Part shown: positions 11,805-25,135 of the stretch, piece by piece
Layout of the letters: every line of letters starts with the position of its first letter
Numbering within the stretch: the stretch's first letter is position 1
NCBI GenBank assembly: GCA_048213135.1
Contig: PS015296.1
Location: forward strand, 73,073-137,072
Reading direction: 5' to 3'
DNA length: 64,000 nucleotides
DNA from: Reclinomonas americana ATCC 50394
Taxonomy: Eukaryota
Notes under the pieces: model-generated
What the model saw: only the letters and a program-made list of their open reading frames with translations
Databases searched by the model: none
Told to the model about the DNA's origin: nothing
Translations under genes and position numbers: made by a program

Positions 11805-14491
11805 ATGGCATCGACTCCGTACTCGCATAACAAGGCTGCGGCTGCGGCAACGGCCAGTGTGGCGTCTCCCTCCGGTGGAGGCGGTGTGGCGGTATCCCGC
11901 GGTCCGCGTGGATCGACGGCCGACTTGTCGCTGATTGGGGTGCCGGTGAGTTCGTGGCAGCGGCGGTATGAGCGGACGTGTGCGCGGATGAAGGTCAAGC
12001 CGGTGGATGCGGTGTTGATGGCGCTGCGAGGGCAGTCGATGTCGACGTCGGCGGCGTCGGATTTGCGGATTGATGCGACGGCGATCAAGGTCGAGCAGTG
12101 GGGACCGCTGAATGCGTCGTTGAAGCGCACGACGACGTTGCGACGTGTGCGTGTATATCTCGATCCGGATTACTTGGAGGATGGTGAGACACAGAGAGAG
12201 AGAGAGAGAGACTATTCATCATTGCCTTTCACACCATGCCCATCATTATTTTTGTGTACGATGGCCCAGCCGCTGAGGCGGAGCAGAGAGCAAAGGACAA
12301 GGCTGCGCGAGTGCAGGGCTCCAGCAACGCGCTTGGTGAGACCTCCGTCGACGAGGAGACAGACATGCCTCTTATTTTGATGCCCGATATCCTCCCCGTC
12401 TTTTTCCGAAGAGCCAACAACACACTCATGCTCTGTGTCTCTGTGTGTCTGCGTGCAGCGACGACCGGTCCATCGTGTAATCGCAAGTTTACCGGCGTGC
12501 ACAACGATACCGTCAATCAGAAGATGTGGAGGTGAGAGGCGGTCGGATGGACTTGGGAAAAAACATGCGTGACTGACGATGGCTATGGGTGTACGCAGAG
12601 CGCTGGCCGAGAGCATGTATGCCAGCGAGGTGCTGCAGTCAATCGAGGTGGTCGACATTCCGATCACGTCGCCCACTTGCGCCGAGTACATGTGCAAGGT
12701 GTGTATAATACATTCGAAAGTGTTGACCAACAAAGTCGCTCACACTCGTCGCTGCACAGGGCCTCATGCACACATCGTGCCTGCAGGCGCTGAGTCTGCA
12801 CGGCAGCCGTCTCGGTGATCCATCCGTTCGACGTTGCGCACCGGCTTCCTTATCTGCACAATCGTGGCACCGTGTTCACACTTTCCTCTCTATCTCTCTC
12901 TCTCGTTCAGTCATGTGTGCGGCTCTGCGCGACAATCACAGTGTGCGAATGCTGGATCTGTCGCAGTGCGCGCTGACAGATGTCGCTGCGGCGGCGCTGG
13001 CCGAACTACTGAAGCACCAGTCCACCACGCGAGACACCACCGCCTGGGAGGACACGCTGCGCGGTCGCCACATGACGAACAGACCCATTGGTGTGGAGCA
13101 GGTGGACCTGAGTGACAACAAGATCACCGACGTTGGCGCGTTCAACCTGAGTCGAGCACTGGCACAAGATCGGTGGCTCGAGGCGATAAGCCTGCGCGCC
13201 AATCGCATCGGGAACAAGGGCATCAAGGCGCTGGTGCTGATGCTCGTCGAGAACACGGGAATTCAGTTTATGAATTTCGGCGACAACCCCGGCGTCGATG
13301 GTGCGTGCTCCACTGTGAAAAAAAAAACACAACTCATCACGCCCTGTGGCCAACACACATGTGTGCTACGCAGTGTTGCAAGACGGCGTGGCCAACTCGC
13401 AAGGCATCTTCTCCATGTTCTCGAAAAACAATTGGTACTTTGTCGGCCCTGCCCTGTGCAAGAACGCCGATCCACTGCGAGGCGCTCCGCGCAATCTCGA
13501 CGGTCGCGGTGACGCCGGCTCGGCGGTGGGTACACCGGCCATGTCGGCCCTCGGCGCTGGTTCCAATGTTCGTGGCAGTCAGTTTGGCGGTGGTGGGCGG
13601 TGGAGTGGCCACGCGCAACAGCCATCGCAGTCGACTGGAATCTCGGCGGCAGAGGGCAGTCGTGCCGACGTCGCAGCACAGCAGTGGGAGCAAATGTACG
13701 AGGAGGAGCGGAGGCGGAATGTGGCGCTGGAGGAGAGGTTACGACAGCTGGTACGGGAGCGCGACGAGGCAATCCAACAGGCGGCCACCGTCGCCACGTC
13801 GGCCGCCGCTGCAACCGCCGCAGCCGCGGCAACGGCGGCAGCGGCGACAGCGGCGACAGCGGCGGCAACGGCGGCGTCCGGTGAGCCGGCTGGTGCGATG
13901 CCTCTGAGCGCGCCTTCGGCGCCCGCCCACCCGCAGTTGGGTGGAGGTGGCGGTGAGGAGCAGCGGCTCGACGTGTTGGATCGCCTGTTTGAGCTGGCGT
14001 GTGCCGGCGGCGAGTCACCCATGAGCGAGGAACACGAGGAGCACGTGGTGGGCCTGCTGGAGCGCTGCCTGCGTCGCTTCGCCGAGATCACCGAGATTGT
14101 CGAGCATCGCAAGATGCTCACGGAGCGCGCCACCGCCTCGGCGTACTTTGGCGGCACACACGTCGAGGTGGCACCGCAGCATGTGTTTGAGGCCCGCCAC
14201 CAGGCACATCCACACGCCCAGCAGCGGTACCCGGTCAATGCTGGATTCGACAACTCGGACTTCGGCATGTCGTCCATGGCCGAGCGGCGACCGCGCTCCT
14301 CGTCAGCACCACGCGGCGGTCGCTCCACCACCGCGCAACAGCGACCACTCTCGGCCGGATCGTCGAGCCGACCACCACTGCCGCGAGCTGGTGCGGCCGA
14401 GGACATGGCGGCCGTCGCCGCTGCATCAGGTGCCAGTGTTGACATGCTCTCGCAGATGGTGTATTCGCGTCTGCACAATTTGTGGACCTGA
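11805..14491 (+). CDS. CEP78: Centrosomal protein CEP78-like (RNI-type LRR N-terminus, coiled-coil C-terminus); multi-exon
   Basis: The N-terminus RYERTCARMKVKPVDAV...RIDATAIKVEQWGPLNASLK and the LRR block LDLSQCALTD..AAALAELLKHQ...AWEDTLR...DLSDNKITDVGA...LAQDRWLEAISLRANRIGNKG resemble the CEP78 family as I recall it. Confidence 0.8.
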
Positions 14492-14616
14492 GAGAATGAA
14501 GGACAGTGTTTCGATATCTGTACATTTCCGAATTCGGTCGGGTGGGGATATGGCGGCCGTCAAGTGCCAGCGTCGACATGCTCTCGCAGATGGTGTATTC
14601 GCCTGCATAACCTGTG
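14401..14616 (+). repeat. Degenerate direct duplication of the last ~85 nt of the CEP78 CDS into the downstream region
   Basis: 14401-14485 ggacatggcggccgtc...gacatgctctcgcagatggtgtattcgc...tgtgg is repeated with deletions at about 14547-14616. Confidence 0.85.
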
Positions 14617-14738
14617 GGGGGAAGGAAGTTGTTTTGTATTTCCGACGCGGTTTTCTTGACCGTTAACAGCCTTGTTTTCACGCATTGTACGAGAGAGTGC
14701 TCACTCTCACATTTTCTCCCCGCCCCTCTTCGCGGAGT

Positions 14739-14778
<40 letters not shown>

Positions 14779-14816
14779 TTGGTCTGTGCACACTGCGCAA
14801 TACCCCCCCCCCCCAC

Positions 14817-17800
14817 ATGCATTCGTCTCCACCACAACAGGTTCGTAATGCGGTTGATCCAATGCAAACACCTCTTCCTCTCTCTCCCTCGTCCACTCTC
14901 CGTCTGGCTATCGCCCTGACACCACTCTGTCAACAACAGGAGCACCATGGGAGGGCCGGCGGCAGTGCCAGGAGACGCAGTGTGCCATTTTCGCCCACAC
15001 ACAGTCCCACCGTGTCGATGACGCACGAGGCAACAGCAGACGCACATCCGCCTCTCTTTCAAGCACGACCAGGATCTGGCGTCGCTGAGAATGCTGTGGC
15101 TGGTGGTGTGAACGACGATCAGCCGCGACACGATCCATGTGTGGCGGCGTTTGGTGGGTGCGACAATGATCGGGTGGAGTCTGTGGGATCGCCCTCTTCC
15201 TCCTCCTCGTCGTCGTCCTCTTCGGCGGCCTCGTCGCCCACGCCACCGCACAGTAAGGTCGGCAGGGTGTTTAGCTTGGACAGCGACACGGCAGTGCCAG
15301 CCGAGACGATGAGTGCTCTGGCGAGCGTGCGATTGTCGAGTCGACGACCTGTGTTGCAGCCGCTTCCGGTGGCGCCCACGATCATCGGCACCAGTGGAAG
15401 CAGTGTCGGAGGCGGCGGTGGCAGCGGTGGCCTATCGTCGGGCGACAAGGGAGGCACACAACACAGGACGCGAAGAAGAACGCGAGTGGTGGTGATTGGC
15501 GACCCAGAGTCCACCGAGCAGCTGGCGCAGGAACGGCGACGGCTGGGCGTCGGTGAGCGGAAACCCATGTCGGGTAACGACTATCGCACAGCGTGCTACA
15601 CGCTGCTGAATTTTGTACCAAAGAACTGTTGCGTGGCTTGGAGAGTCCCCTCCTTGTCAGCCTTCGCTTCTCACAGCGTGATGCACATAGTGTGGCTTCA
15701 ATCCATCAAGCCAGCAAATATCTATTTTTTGTTTACGATTGGTGAGTGCGATTGTTGTTGTCATGGACGTGCGTGTGTTCTTGCTGTCATGTATCCCTCC
15801 ATCATTGTCGCGGTCACATCGTTCTCTTTCTTCTTCACCGCTTTTCCGTTCATTTTCATGTTGCTGACCGAGACTCTCTGTTCCACAACGCGCTCACAGC
15901 ATTAATGGTACGTCTGCTCGAAGGTGTGTCGTCCACTTGCACACTCGGGTGAACTCACTTGGTGCTTGCAGTGTATTCCGGCGGTGGCACCCTTTGGACC
16001 CCTGTCGGCGGCCATTGTTGCGTGACGCATACAATGTGAGGATGGATGATGGTTCATTGTACTCATCGCCGTCGAACAGAGCTTGGCCTTTGTATATGCG
16101 GTGGCTGCCACCAAGGACGCAACTGTCGATTGGGTGGGCGCGTGGCGTGCCCCCTTGATTATTTACCGTAACTCATTGTCACCCTCTTGCAGGCGCGCCA
16201 CAAAGTTGATCGAGCGGTCAACAATCGGGCGGTGGAGGTGTACAACAGAGATCCCGTAACTGGTGAGGGCGAGAGAGAGAGAGAAGGAAGCAGTGCTCAG
16301 CCCGAATGTCGCCTTCCATATCCTGATCCGTTGGCAACAGAGCGTGGCGAATGGGTGGCCAACACCTGGTCAAACCTCCGTGTGGGTGACATTGTTCGGG
16401 TGAAATGCGATGAACCGGTGCCCGCCGACATGCTGCTGCTGGCGTCGTCCGAGCCCGGCGGTTGCTGCTTTATCGACACCATGACACTGGATGGGGAGAC
16501 CAATTTGAAAACCAAGGATGGTTTCCAGCAAACTCGCGCACTCTGTGTGGAGGACGTGTGCCGTGTCGCCGGTTTTGTGGAGGTTTGTAGGCGCAAGGGG
16601 AAGGAAGGGAGAGGAAGGGAGAGAAGGGAGAGGAGGGAAGAAGAAAGGGGGAGGAGAGACTGCTACACAGAGAGGGATGCAGAGAGAGTGAGTACGAGAG
16701 AAGGAGGGATGCAGGAAGAGCGAGAGAGAGAGACAGCAGGGAGACAAGGCATAGAGAGATAGGTAAGCACTGACGAGAGAGAAGGAATGCAAAGAGAGAG
16801 ATAAACAATGAGAGAGAGTGCGAGACAAGGAGGGATGCAGGGAGCGAGCAAGGGAGAGGCAAAGATAGGCAAGAGAGAAAGAGAGGCAGGGAGGCAAAGA
16901 GAGAAGGGAGGCAAGGAGAGAAGAGAGGGAGAGGAGAGACTCTAGACAGAGAGAGATGCAGAGTGAGCGAGAGAGGAGCACGGACAGAGGAGGGAGAGGG
17001 AGAGCGAAGAGCGTGGAGGAGAGACTGCTAGACAGAGAGGGATACAGAGAGAGAGGAGTGGCTACCAGGCTGGGAAAGATGCAAAAGGGGAGAGAAAGAG
17101 AAGCAGATAGAGCGAAGGAATGCATAGAGAGTGAAAGAGGCACGCAGGGAAGAGTGAGAAGAGGAGCGACCGCCAGACAGGGGAGATGAGAGAGAGGCAA
17201 GGTAAGCGAGGACACTGCCAGGCAGGGAATGTTGCACAGAGAGAGAGAGAGAGAGAGGAGGAGGAGAGAAACGCGATGGGCTCGATTGTGGCGATCACTG
17301 AACGTGCGTGTGTAGTGCGACGTGCCGAATCTCGACCTTGACAAGTGGGATGGAGTGTATCACACCGAGTGGCCGCCATTACCGGGACGCACCGGCGTCA
17401 GTGTCAGTATTGCCAACATGGCACTCAGAGTTGCGTGCGTGTGGGGCTCGGGTAACGAGGCTCCGTATCGTTATTCACAACCGTGCACATTCCACATTGC
17501 AGGAGTGCGTGCTGCGCAACACCGAGTGGATCATCGGTTTGGTGGTCTACGCTGGACGCGACGCTAAGCTGGCCATGCAAAACGGAAGTGCGCAGACGAG
17601 AGCCAAGGTTTTTCGGGCACCGTTCGTTACCGCGTGTCCGCTGTGCGATATTCACTGTCCGCTTGTAGCTCGGCAAGTCGGATCGCCGACTCAACTACAT
17701 TGTGCTGTTCTCTGTCGGCGTCCTCTTCGTGATGTGTGCCATCTGCGGCGGCGGTCTGATCAATTTTAACGTGCGTCCGCACTGCGAATTCGTCCGTCTA

Positions 17801-20800
17801 TGTGTCAGCAGTGCATGTGACTCGCTGCGTACTCGCAACAGGCACAACACAGCACCTCGTGGTACCTGTCACTGGGTTCAGCGAGCTCTGGACTCGACAT
17901 TTTGATTGCCTTTCTCTCCTACGTGACCTCGTTCAACGCGATCGTGTCGATTGCCCTGTACATTACGCTCGACATTATTCGCATCTATCATGCCAAGGTA
18001 CATGCATCTGTCCACCATGCGCGCATCCTGTGCCTCCTACTGACTGTCTTCCGACTCATTTCTTGCAGTTCATCGAGTGGGATCACCAAATGTACTCGCC
18101 GGCAACCGATACGCCAGCCGTGGCTCGCACTGCACACTTGTGCGACGAACTCGGTCGAGTGGACTACATCTTCACCGACAAGACGGGAACGCTGACGCAG
18201 AATCGAATGGATTTTATGAAATGCAGCATTGCCGGCGAGTCGTACGGATGCGGCCTCACAGAGGTCTCGTATCTGTCAATCGCATGGCAACAACAGTCGT
18301 TGTTCTCTCGTGCTGACACCCCACCACCACAGATTGGCAAGGCTCTGCTGCAACGGCGTGGTCTGCCAGTTCCACCGGATCCGGTGGTGCCCGAAGGCCT
18401 CGAGTTGGAAGAAGTTGAGCATTGAGATGTGCGCACGCTCTTTTTTTGTTCATCCCTTCTCAGCATGGTACTGGCACGCAGGGGTTCAATTTTCGTGACG
18501 ACAGGCTGCTGGCCGCGTTTTGGAGATTACAGCCCAACGCAGATGCTATTGAGCACTTTTTCTACATGCTGGCCCTCTGCAACTCGGTGCTGGTGCGCAT
18601 GAACATGGAGAATCCAGGAGGTGTGGCGATCTCCGTTAATGCACGAATCACTTGTGTAAGTCACTGACGCTGTTTGAGCAGAGTTTGAGTATTCGGGTCC
18701 CAATCCAGACGAGGTGGCGCTGGTGGTGGCCGCTCGCAAGTTTGGCTTTGTGCTCATGGAAGCCGACGATGTGTGAGTCCAGGCTTGAGGGTCTGCGATG
18801 TTTCTCCCCCCTCTATCCTTCTGAGTCTCCTGCTTCCGGCTCCGCAGTGCCAAGGACGTGCAACGGCTCGACATGGACGCAACGCAGTCATTCCAGGTGC
18901 TCAACATGTTCCCATTCACCTCGCAACGCAAGCGCATGTCCATTGTCGTGCGACATCCCGACTCTGGTGTGTAACTGGCCACGACGCTCTACGCAAACGA
19001 TACAATCACTCACTCATTCACTTAATGCAGGTCAAGTGATCGTGTACTGCAAGGGCGCAGACGACATGATCATGAGTCGTCTGAATGGCGACAGTCGGTG
19101 GCGGCCGGAGACGCAGGAGCACATTGACGTGCGTTTTCCCTTGTCGTCGAGAAATTTGGTGCGCCGTCTTCCTCATAATTGTACACGCAGACATTTGCGC
19201 ACGAGGGTCTGCGCACATTGTGCTTTGCGATGCGCGTGCTGACGGAGACCGAGTACGCCGTGTGGCGCATCCGCTTCGATGTGGCGAACACCGCGCTCAA
19301 CAACCGCGCCGCCAAGGTTTGCGACGCGACGATTTGTGAGAGGCGATGGTGGCGGGAGTGACTGAGTATGCGCGCACAGGTGGAGGCCATGGCGGACGAG
19401 CTGGAGCGCAACTTGACGCTGGTGGGCGCCAGTGCCATTGAGGACCGACTGCAGGAGGACGTGTCACAGACGATCGCCAACTTGCGCAGAGCCGAAATCA
19501 AGATCTGGATGCTCACCGGGTAACGCGACCTCGAATCACTGCCGTGAGTAGATTCACAAGGGCACTCAAACAACATGCACGCACAGAGACAAGTGGGACA
19601 CGGCAATCAACATTGGGCACGCGTGCGCGCTGCTGTCGGATGACATGTACATGGCCACGATCCGCGGTGACATGACTCCCGCGGGGAACCTGTTGCGTTA
19701 ATCTCTCGTGGCCGTGAAGGGATTTTTCTCTTCTCACGAGAGTGTGCTTGCCAGTTTCGCTGCCAGTGACTCCTTTATCAAGCTCGGCGTGCGCGAGGAG
19801 CTGGAAGAGGAGCTGGCAAACACGAAAAAGCTGGCGAGTACACTCACTACAGCGGTAGTCTCCCTTCCACCAGGTTGCTGACAGCGGAAACAGGGACACG
19901 GAAAAGAGTACTGCGTCATCATTGAGGGCAGCGCGTTAAAGCACGCGCTGGAGCCCGGCTTGCGATCGCTGCTGCGTGAGTTGAGCATGAATTCAAGTGC
20001 AGTCATCTGCTGCCGCGTGTCGCCCGATCAAAAGGCCGCCGTCGTGGCCCTGCTTAACGACGTGCCCAAGCGACGCCGCCGCGACAAGAAGCGAATGCGA
20101 AGAAAGAGTGCGTTGAGCCAACTGTCGAGCTTCTCCAGCGACGAAGAGGAGGACGACGATGATGGTGACAATGACGACGACGGAAGTGAGGATGGCGCCG
20201 TCCACAAGCGCGGCCATTCGAGGGTATGCTATCCGGGGGAAGGCTCTCTTCTCTTCACGTTTCTCCCCTTCCCGTCCCTTCTGTTCCCTCCTCCCTTCCA
20301 CGTCTCTCCTTTCTCATCACTTGTGCTCTCCCCTTCTCTCTTCTCCTCTCACTGCTTGTGTCACAGGCTGCATCGTCGCCCGCCACTGTCGCTCGCGTAA
20401 GCACTGCCCTGGCCAAGCTGCGCGAGGCGCGTCTGTTGTCGCGAGTGGCATTGAGCCGTGATGCGCGCGACGTGAGGCGAATCGACATTGAGCAGTACGA
20501 CATGGAGGGTGCGGGGAGAGAGTCGCATCTCCACGGTGCACTCATGTCACCGGGAACGGCGTCGCTCGGGCAGGTGAAGCAGATTCAGCAGATTGTGCCT
20601 GCGCCTCCACCACCACCGCCACCACCATCACAGGCACCAGCATCATCGCGGGTGTCCGACCGCAAGTCGAGCAGTGGTTCCACTCTCGAAGACATGCAGC
20701 TGCCGGAGCCGCCGAAAAAGTCCCTTCTCGACAGCTGGCTCGGGTGCAGCAGGCGCTCGCGCAAGGCTCCCGAGGCTGAACAGCGAAGGCGATTTGTCAC

Positions 20801-23800
20801 ACTTGGTGAGTGCGACAAGGAAATGCTGCGAAGCGTCGAGAATACTTACTTGGTGTGCTTGCTGTAGCCATTGGCGACGGGGCAAATGACGTGAAGATGA
20901 TCAAGGTAACTGTGGTCGGAGACAGGGGAGGGGTGAGTGTGTGTGGTGACATGGTTGACTTACATCGCCATCGCCATCTCACAGCAAGCGGATGTGGGTG
21001 TCGGTATTTCGGGTGTGGAGGGCATGCAAGCGGCAATGGTGAGTAGTGAGTGAGGGGGAAGGGACAGGCGAGGGAAGGGGTGCAGAGAAGCAGAGCAGTG
21101 AAGGGGTGTAGTGAATAGGTGTAGTGAATAGGTGTAGTGAATGAGTGCAGCGACAGGCGAGAGGCGTACAGTGAGGGAATGTAATGAACGAGCGTAGCGT
21201 GGGAGAGTGTGAAGGAGTGCAGAGAGGGAGTGCAGTGTGGAGTGCAGAGAGGAAAAGTGGTGAAGAAGCACACTGACGGAAGGTGCGAAGGAGTAAAGAT
21301 GAAGTGCAGTGAAGAATGTAGTGTGGAGTGCAGAGAAGGAGTTCAGCAAATGGCGAGAGAAGGAGGGTGTGAAGGAGAACATAAGACATGAAGTGAAGGT
21401 GTGAAGTGTGGGGTGCAGAGAGGACGTGTGGTGAACAAGCGCAGAGAAGGAGTTCAGCGCACAAGCGAAATAAGGAAGATGTGAAAGAGAAATGAAGGCA
21501 TGAAGTGAGGGTGTGAAGAGTGGGGTGCAGAGAGAACGTGTTGCAAAGAAGCTCAATACGGAGTTTAGCAATGGGCGAGAGGTGGAAGGACGGAGTTGGA
21601 GAAGAAGTGCAGTGAAGGAGTGAAGTGTAGGAGTACGGTGGGCTCAGTGCAGTGGAAGAGTGTAGTGGAAGAGTGCAGTGGAAGAGTGCAGTGGAAGAGT
21701 GGAGTGGAAGAGTGCAGTGGATGAGTGCAGTTAGTGAGTGCGTGAATTGCGGTGCATAAGTGCAGTGGAGCCTGGATAAGAGTGTAGAGAATGCGTGAAG
21801 TGAAGGAGGAGAGGGAGAAAGTTCAGTCAACGAGTGCCAGCGAACGAGTGCATACTTTCGTGCTTGTTGCCAGACAGTGCACTCACACTCCGCCTGCTTC
21901 TGTGGCGATGCAGACTGCGGACTTTTCCATTGGCCAGTTTCGGTACTTGGAGCGGTGAGTCGGCACCCTCCAGATCTCTTTGTTCCTTTGTAATATTCAC
22001 GCCTTGGTTCACCAGTTTGCTGCTGGTGCACGGGCGGCTCAGCTACCAGCGCATCGCCAAGAGTATCTTCTACATCACGTTCAAGAACTACCTGTACACC
22101 TTCATCAACGTGTTTGTGCTGTTTTACTCGGGATTTACGGCAACGGTGAGGCTGTGAATAGTATCAGCTTGCCGCTGTGTCACTGTATCTTAACACCTCG
22201 TGTAACAGCCGTTCTACGATCCGTGGCTCATGTCGGTCTATCACACACTGTTTGGCACGGTGCCGGTGGTGTGCATCGCCGTGTTCGATCGCGACGTGTA
22301 CGACTCAACCGTCAGTAATCACGCTCAGAAGCTGTACTGCGAGGGGCAGCGCGACGAACATGTTGCGTGGGTAGCGCGTGACTGCTTGGAGGAGTGGATC
22401 TAATTCTGCCTCTCTTCCACACAGTTCTCGTGGATCAACGCCATTGGCTGGTTTGCCGACTGCATCTGGCAGAGTCTGGTGTACTTTTTCCTGCCCTTTT
22501 TATTAACGGATCAGCTGTGGGCACACGGTGGAGCCACGCAAGGTGACTGTGACATGCGATGTAAAAGCACACTTGTGTATGCGTCGCTCATCCCCTTTCC
22601 GCACAGATGTCTACGCGGTGGCCGACATTATCTTCCTCGTCGCCGGCATTGGCATCAACTTGCGCGCAGGCCTCACACTGCGAAGGTGGACAAGGGTTGC
22701 GCACTGGTCCATCTGGGCGTCCATTGTCGGCACCGTGGTGTGGACATTTGTGCACAATGCGCTCCCGTACAGCGTGCTGCAGTGGTTGGGCAGCCAGCGG
22801 GCGTACCTCACCATCTATCAGCTGGCACCCAATCCAGGCTTCTGGCTCCTCTTGGTGCTGACGCTCGTCACGGCGTTGGGTCCGAGCTTTTTGTGGCGAT
22901 AGTTGCGATGGATGATGTCACGAGGAGAGAAGCAATCTTTATGTGCTTCTCACACATTGCGTGTGCGCTCACAGCATGGAGATGCGCGTGCTGCGGCCGC
23001 AGCCGTACTGGGTGTCGCTGATGGACATGGAACGGTGCGGGTTGATTCGCCGACTGACCAAACAGCGGGCACGCTGGTTCGAGGCGCGCCAGCAGCCGGC
23101 GGTGCAGCGCACGCACACAGTTGCGATTGGGAGTTGTCTGTCGGTTGTTTGTACTGTGTTGCTTGTGTTCTGACTGTCTGCTGGCAGTGGCGTCGTCGGT
23201 ACACGCTTGTGGATGCATCGGAAAAGTTGAGTGGAAAGAGGGGGAAGAGAGGAAGGGGCGCCTGCACCGTACTGACTGTCTCCCATCACCGCAGCTGGCA
23301 GCACGTGGCCCACGACGTCATGCGCAAACTCAGTGTCATTGATGCCTTCCGCAATCAACTGGATCAGCGTCGCACGGCACTGAACATCGCGTTGCCGTCG
23401 CTGCAGAGCTGCTTCACCAGCAGCTCTATTGCAGAAAGCACGACGCCCACCATGCAACAACGTGTGTCGCCTCCGGTGAGCACCAACACCTCACCGCGGC
23501 TCGTCTTTGGGCCCACGGCGAGTGCCAACACGGCGGATGCGGTGGTCTCGTGGACACCGTCGCCGTCAGTGCGACAGAACCGTGCGCTCTTTGATCATTT
23601 GCCGTCGCCGCCGCCGCTGCCCCACACGCCGCGCTTGCGTTCCATGTTTGGCCACTTGCCGATGCGTGCCGGTGGTGGCATGCAACTGGCGACGACGCCC
23701 TCTGGTGCGGCGACAGCAGGTGCCGCGGGCGACGGTGGTGTCAACGAGGCCGTGCAGCGTCTGCTGGTGCTTCGTGGACGACGGCCGACTCTCCCCAACG

Positions 23801-24120
23801 CGGTCTCCAGTCCGTGTGTTGCGGATAGAGGAGCACCGGTGTCGTCGACTGTGGCGGTGGAGGTGGTGGCGGGGTCGGCGGCGACGGCGGTGGCGGCGAG
23901 ACCAGGCAGTGGTGGTGGAAACGGTGGTACGAATGCGAGAGCAACCACGCTTGGTCATCTGCCGGCGTTTCCGGCTGGTGGGAATGGACGAGCGGCGGCG
24001 GCGGCAAGGCGAGACGAACAAGACGACGCGGCGTCGACGGCTTCGACGGTGGTCAGGGGAAGCACAGTGGGTGCCGCGAGTAGACTGGGGTCGCAGGCGC
24101 AGCTGCCGAGTCAACCGTGA
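14817..24120 (+). CDS. P4-type ATPase (phospholipid flippase); >25 exons
   Basis: Motifs Y..LNFVPKN, VGDIV.V...[115 protein letters not shown] and [10 protein letters not shown], followed by C-terminal TM exons. Confidence 0.95.
16584..17315 (+). repeat. Purine-rich (GA)n low-complexity expansion filling a flippase intron
   Basis: About 730 nt of AG/GAG/GGGA runs between the donor GTTTGT and the acceptor tgtgtag. Confidence 0.8.
21039..21913 (+). repeat. GAGTG/AGTGGAAG-type low-complexity repeat filling a flippase intron
   Basis: Degenerate gtgaag/gagtgcagtggaa tandem units between GTGAGT and gatgcag. Confidence 0.75.
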
Positions 24121-24702
24121 AGATGGGGATTCGAGATTAATAATGAATAGCGATATGAAACAAATGCAGGGTACGTACGGCGTCTGGCAACAACAACAGT
24201 ACTAATCCAAACAGCAAAACAGGTGTTGAGTGCAGCAGCGTGTACATGTTCTCCGAAACTGATTGAACGGGAAATCGAAACTGGGAAGACGATCTGCGCC
24301 TGCCGTCGAGGCACGCTCAGCGAAGCTTATTGGAACGCAGAAGTACTTGGAAGTGCGTTCGAAATACCGGATTCGGAAGCGATTTCGATTTTGTAATCGG
24401 TTTCTTGGTCAGAGCTCGATCCTTCTTTCGGTCATACTCGAATGCGCCGCACTTAGCACCAGTCCAGCTTGCGTATCCCACTCCGCGTGCGCTTTGCCGC
24501 ACGCAGATCGAATTTCAATTCCATGATTCGAATTCATCGGATCAATTGACGACAACTTCGATCTTTACTTTACAGAACGACGACTCACTGCTCTCAAAGC
24601 CGCATATTTCTATACCTGCTCCATTACATGCACCACTCTGTACGCGGCCCTGCAAATCGAAAATCACAAGACGAGGCTTCTTCGAGTTGTCCTTTCCAGA
24701 TC

Positions 24703-24726
24703 TTGGCGGGAAATTTCGCGCGCAAA
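24703..24726. promoter_or_regulatory. Pair of adjacent E2F-like sites upstream of the Shulin start
   Basis: TTGGCGGGAAA (reverse complement TTTCCCGCCAA) directly followed by TTTCGCGCGCAAA. Both fit the TTTSSCGC consensus and lie about 115-135 nt before the ATG. Confidence 0.4.
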
Positions 24727-24839
24727 TCAACATCCAACCTCAGAGCTCACTCAAGAGCGCCACCACCGACACCTTCTAACACACGCTCACCGAGAGCACG
24801 CGAGAGACACCGAGAGACAACGAGAAAGACAACATCATC

Positions 24840-25054
24840 ATGTTCTCTCTGCTCTCCGGCAACAGCGACACGATTCTGTCGCCCACTTCGGCCGCCTCCT
24901 CCGCCTCGTCTTCCACCGACGAGTCCGGCGTCAAATACACCGGCTCTGATGCACACGCTCGTCTGCGCGCCACGCAAGCTCTGCTTGAGCATGCCAAGCT
25001 CGACGGCTTGCTTCTCATTGGAGGTGCGCAGATGCTCTTCTTGCGTCACTCACT

Positions 25055-25135
<81 letters not shown>

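Noticed and set aside
16370-22031. Ser/Leu/His-rich antisense ORFs over the flippase
   Set aside because: They arise from purine-rich intronic simple repeats read on the opposite strand.
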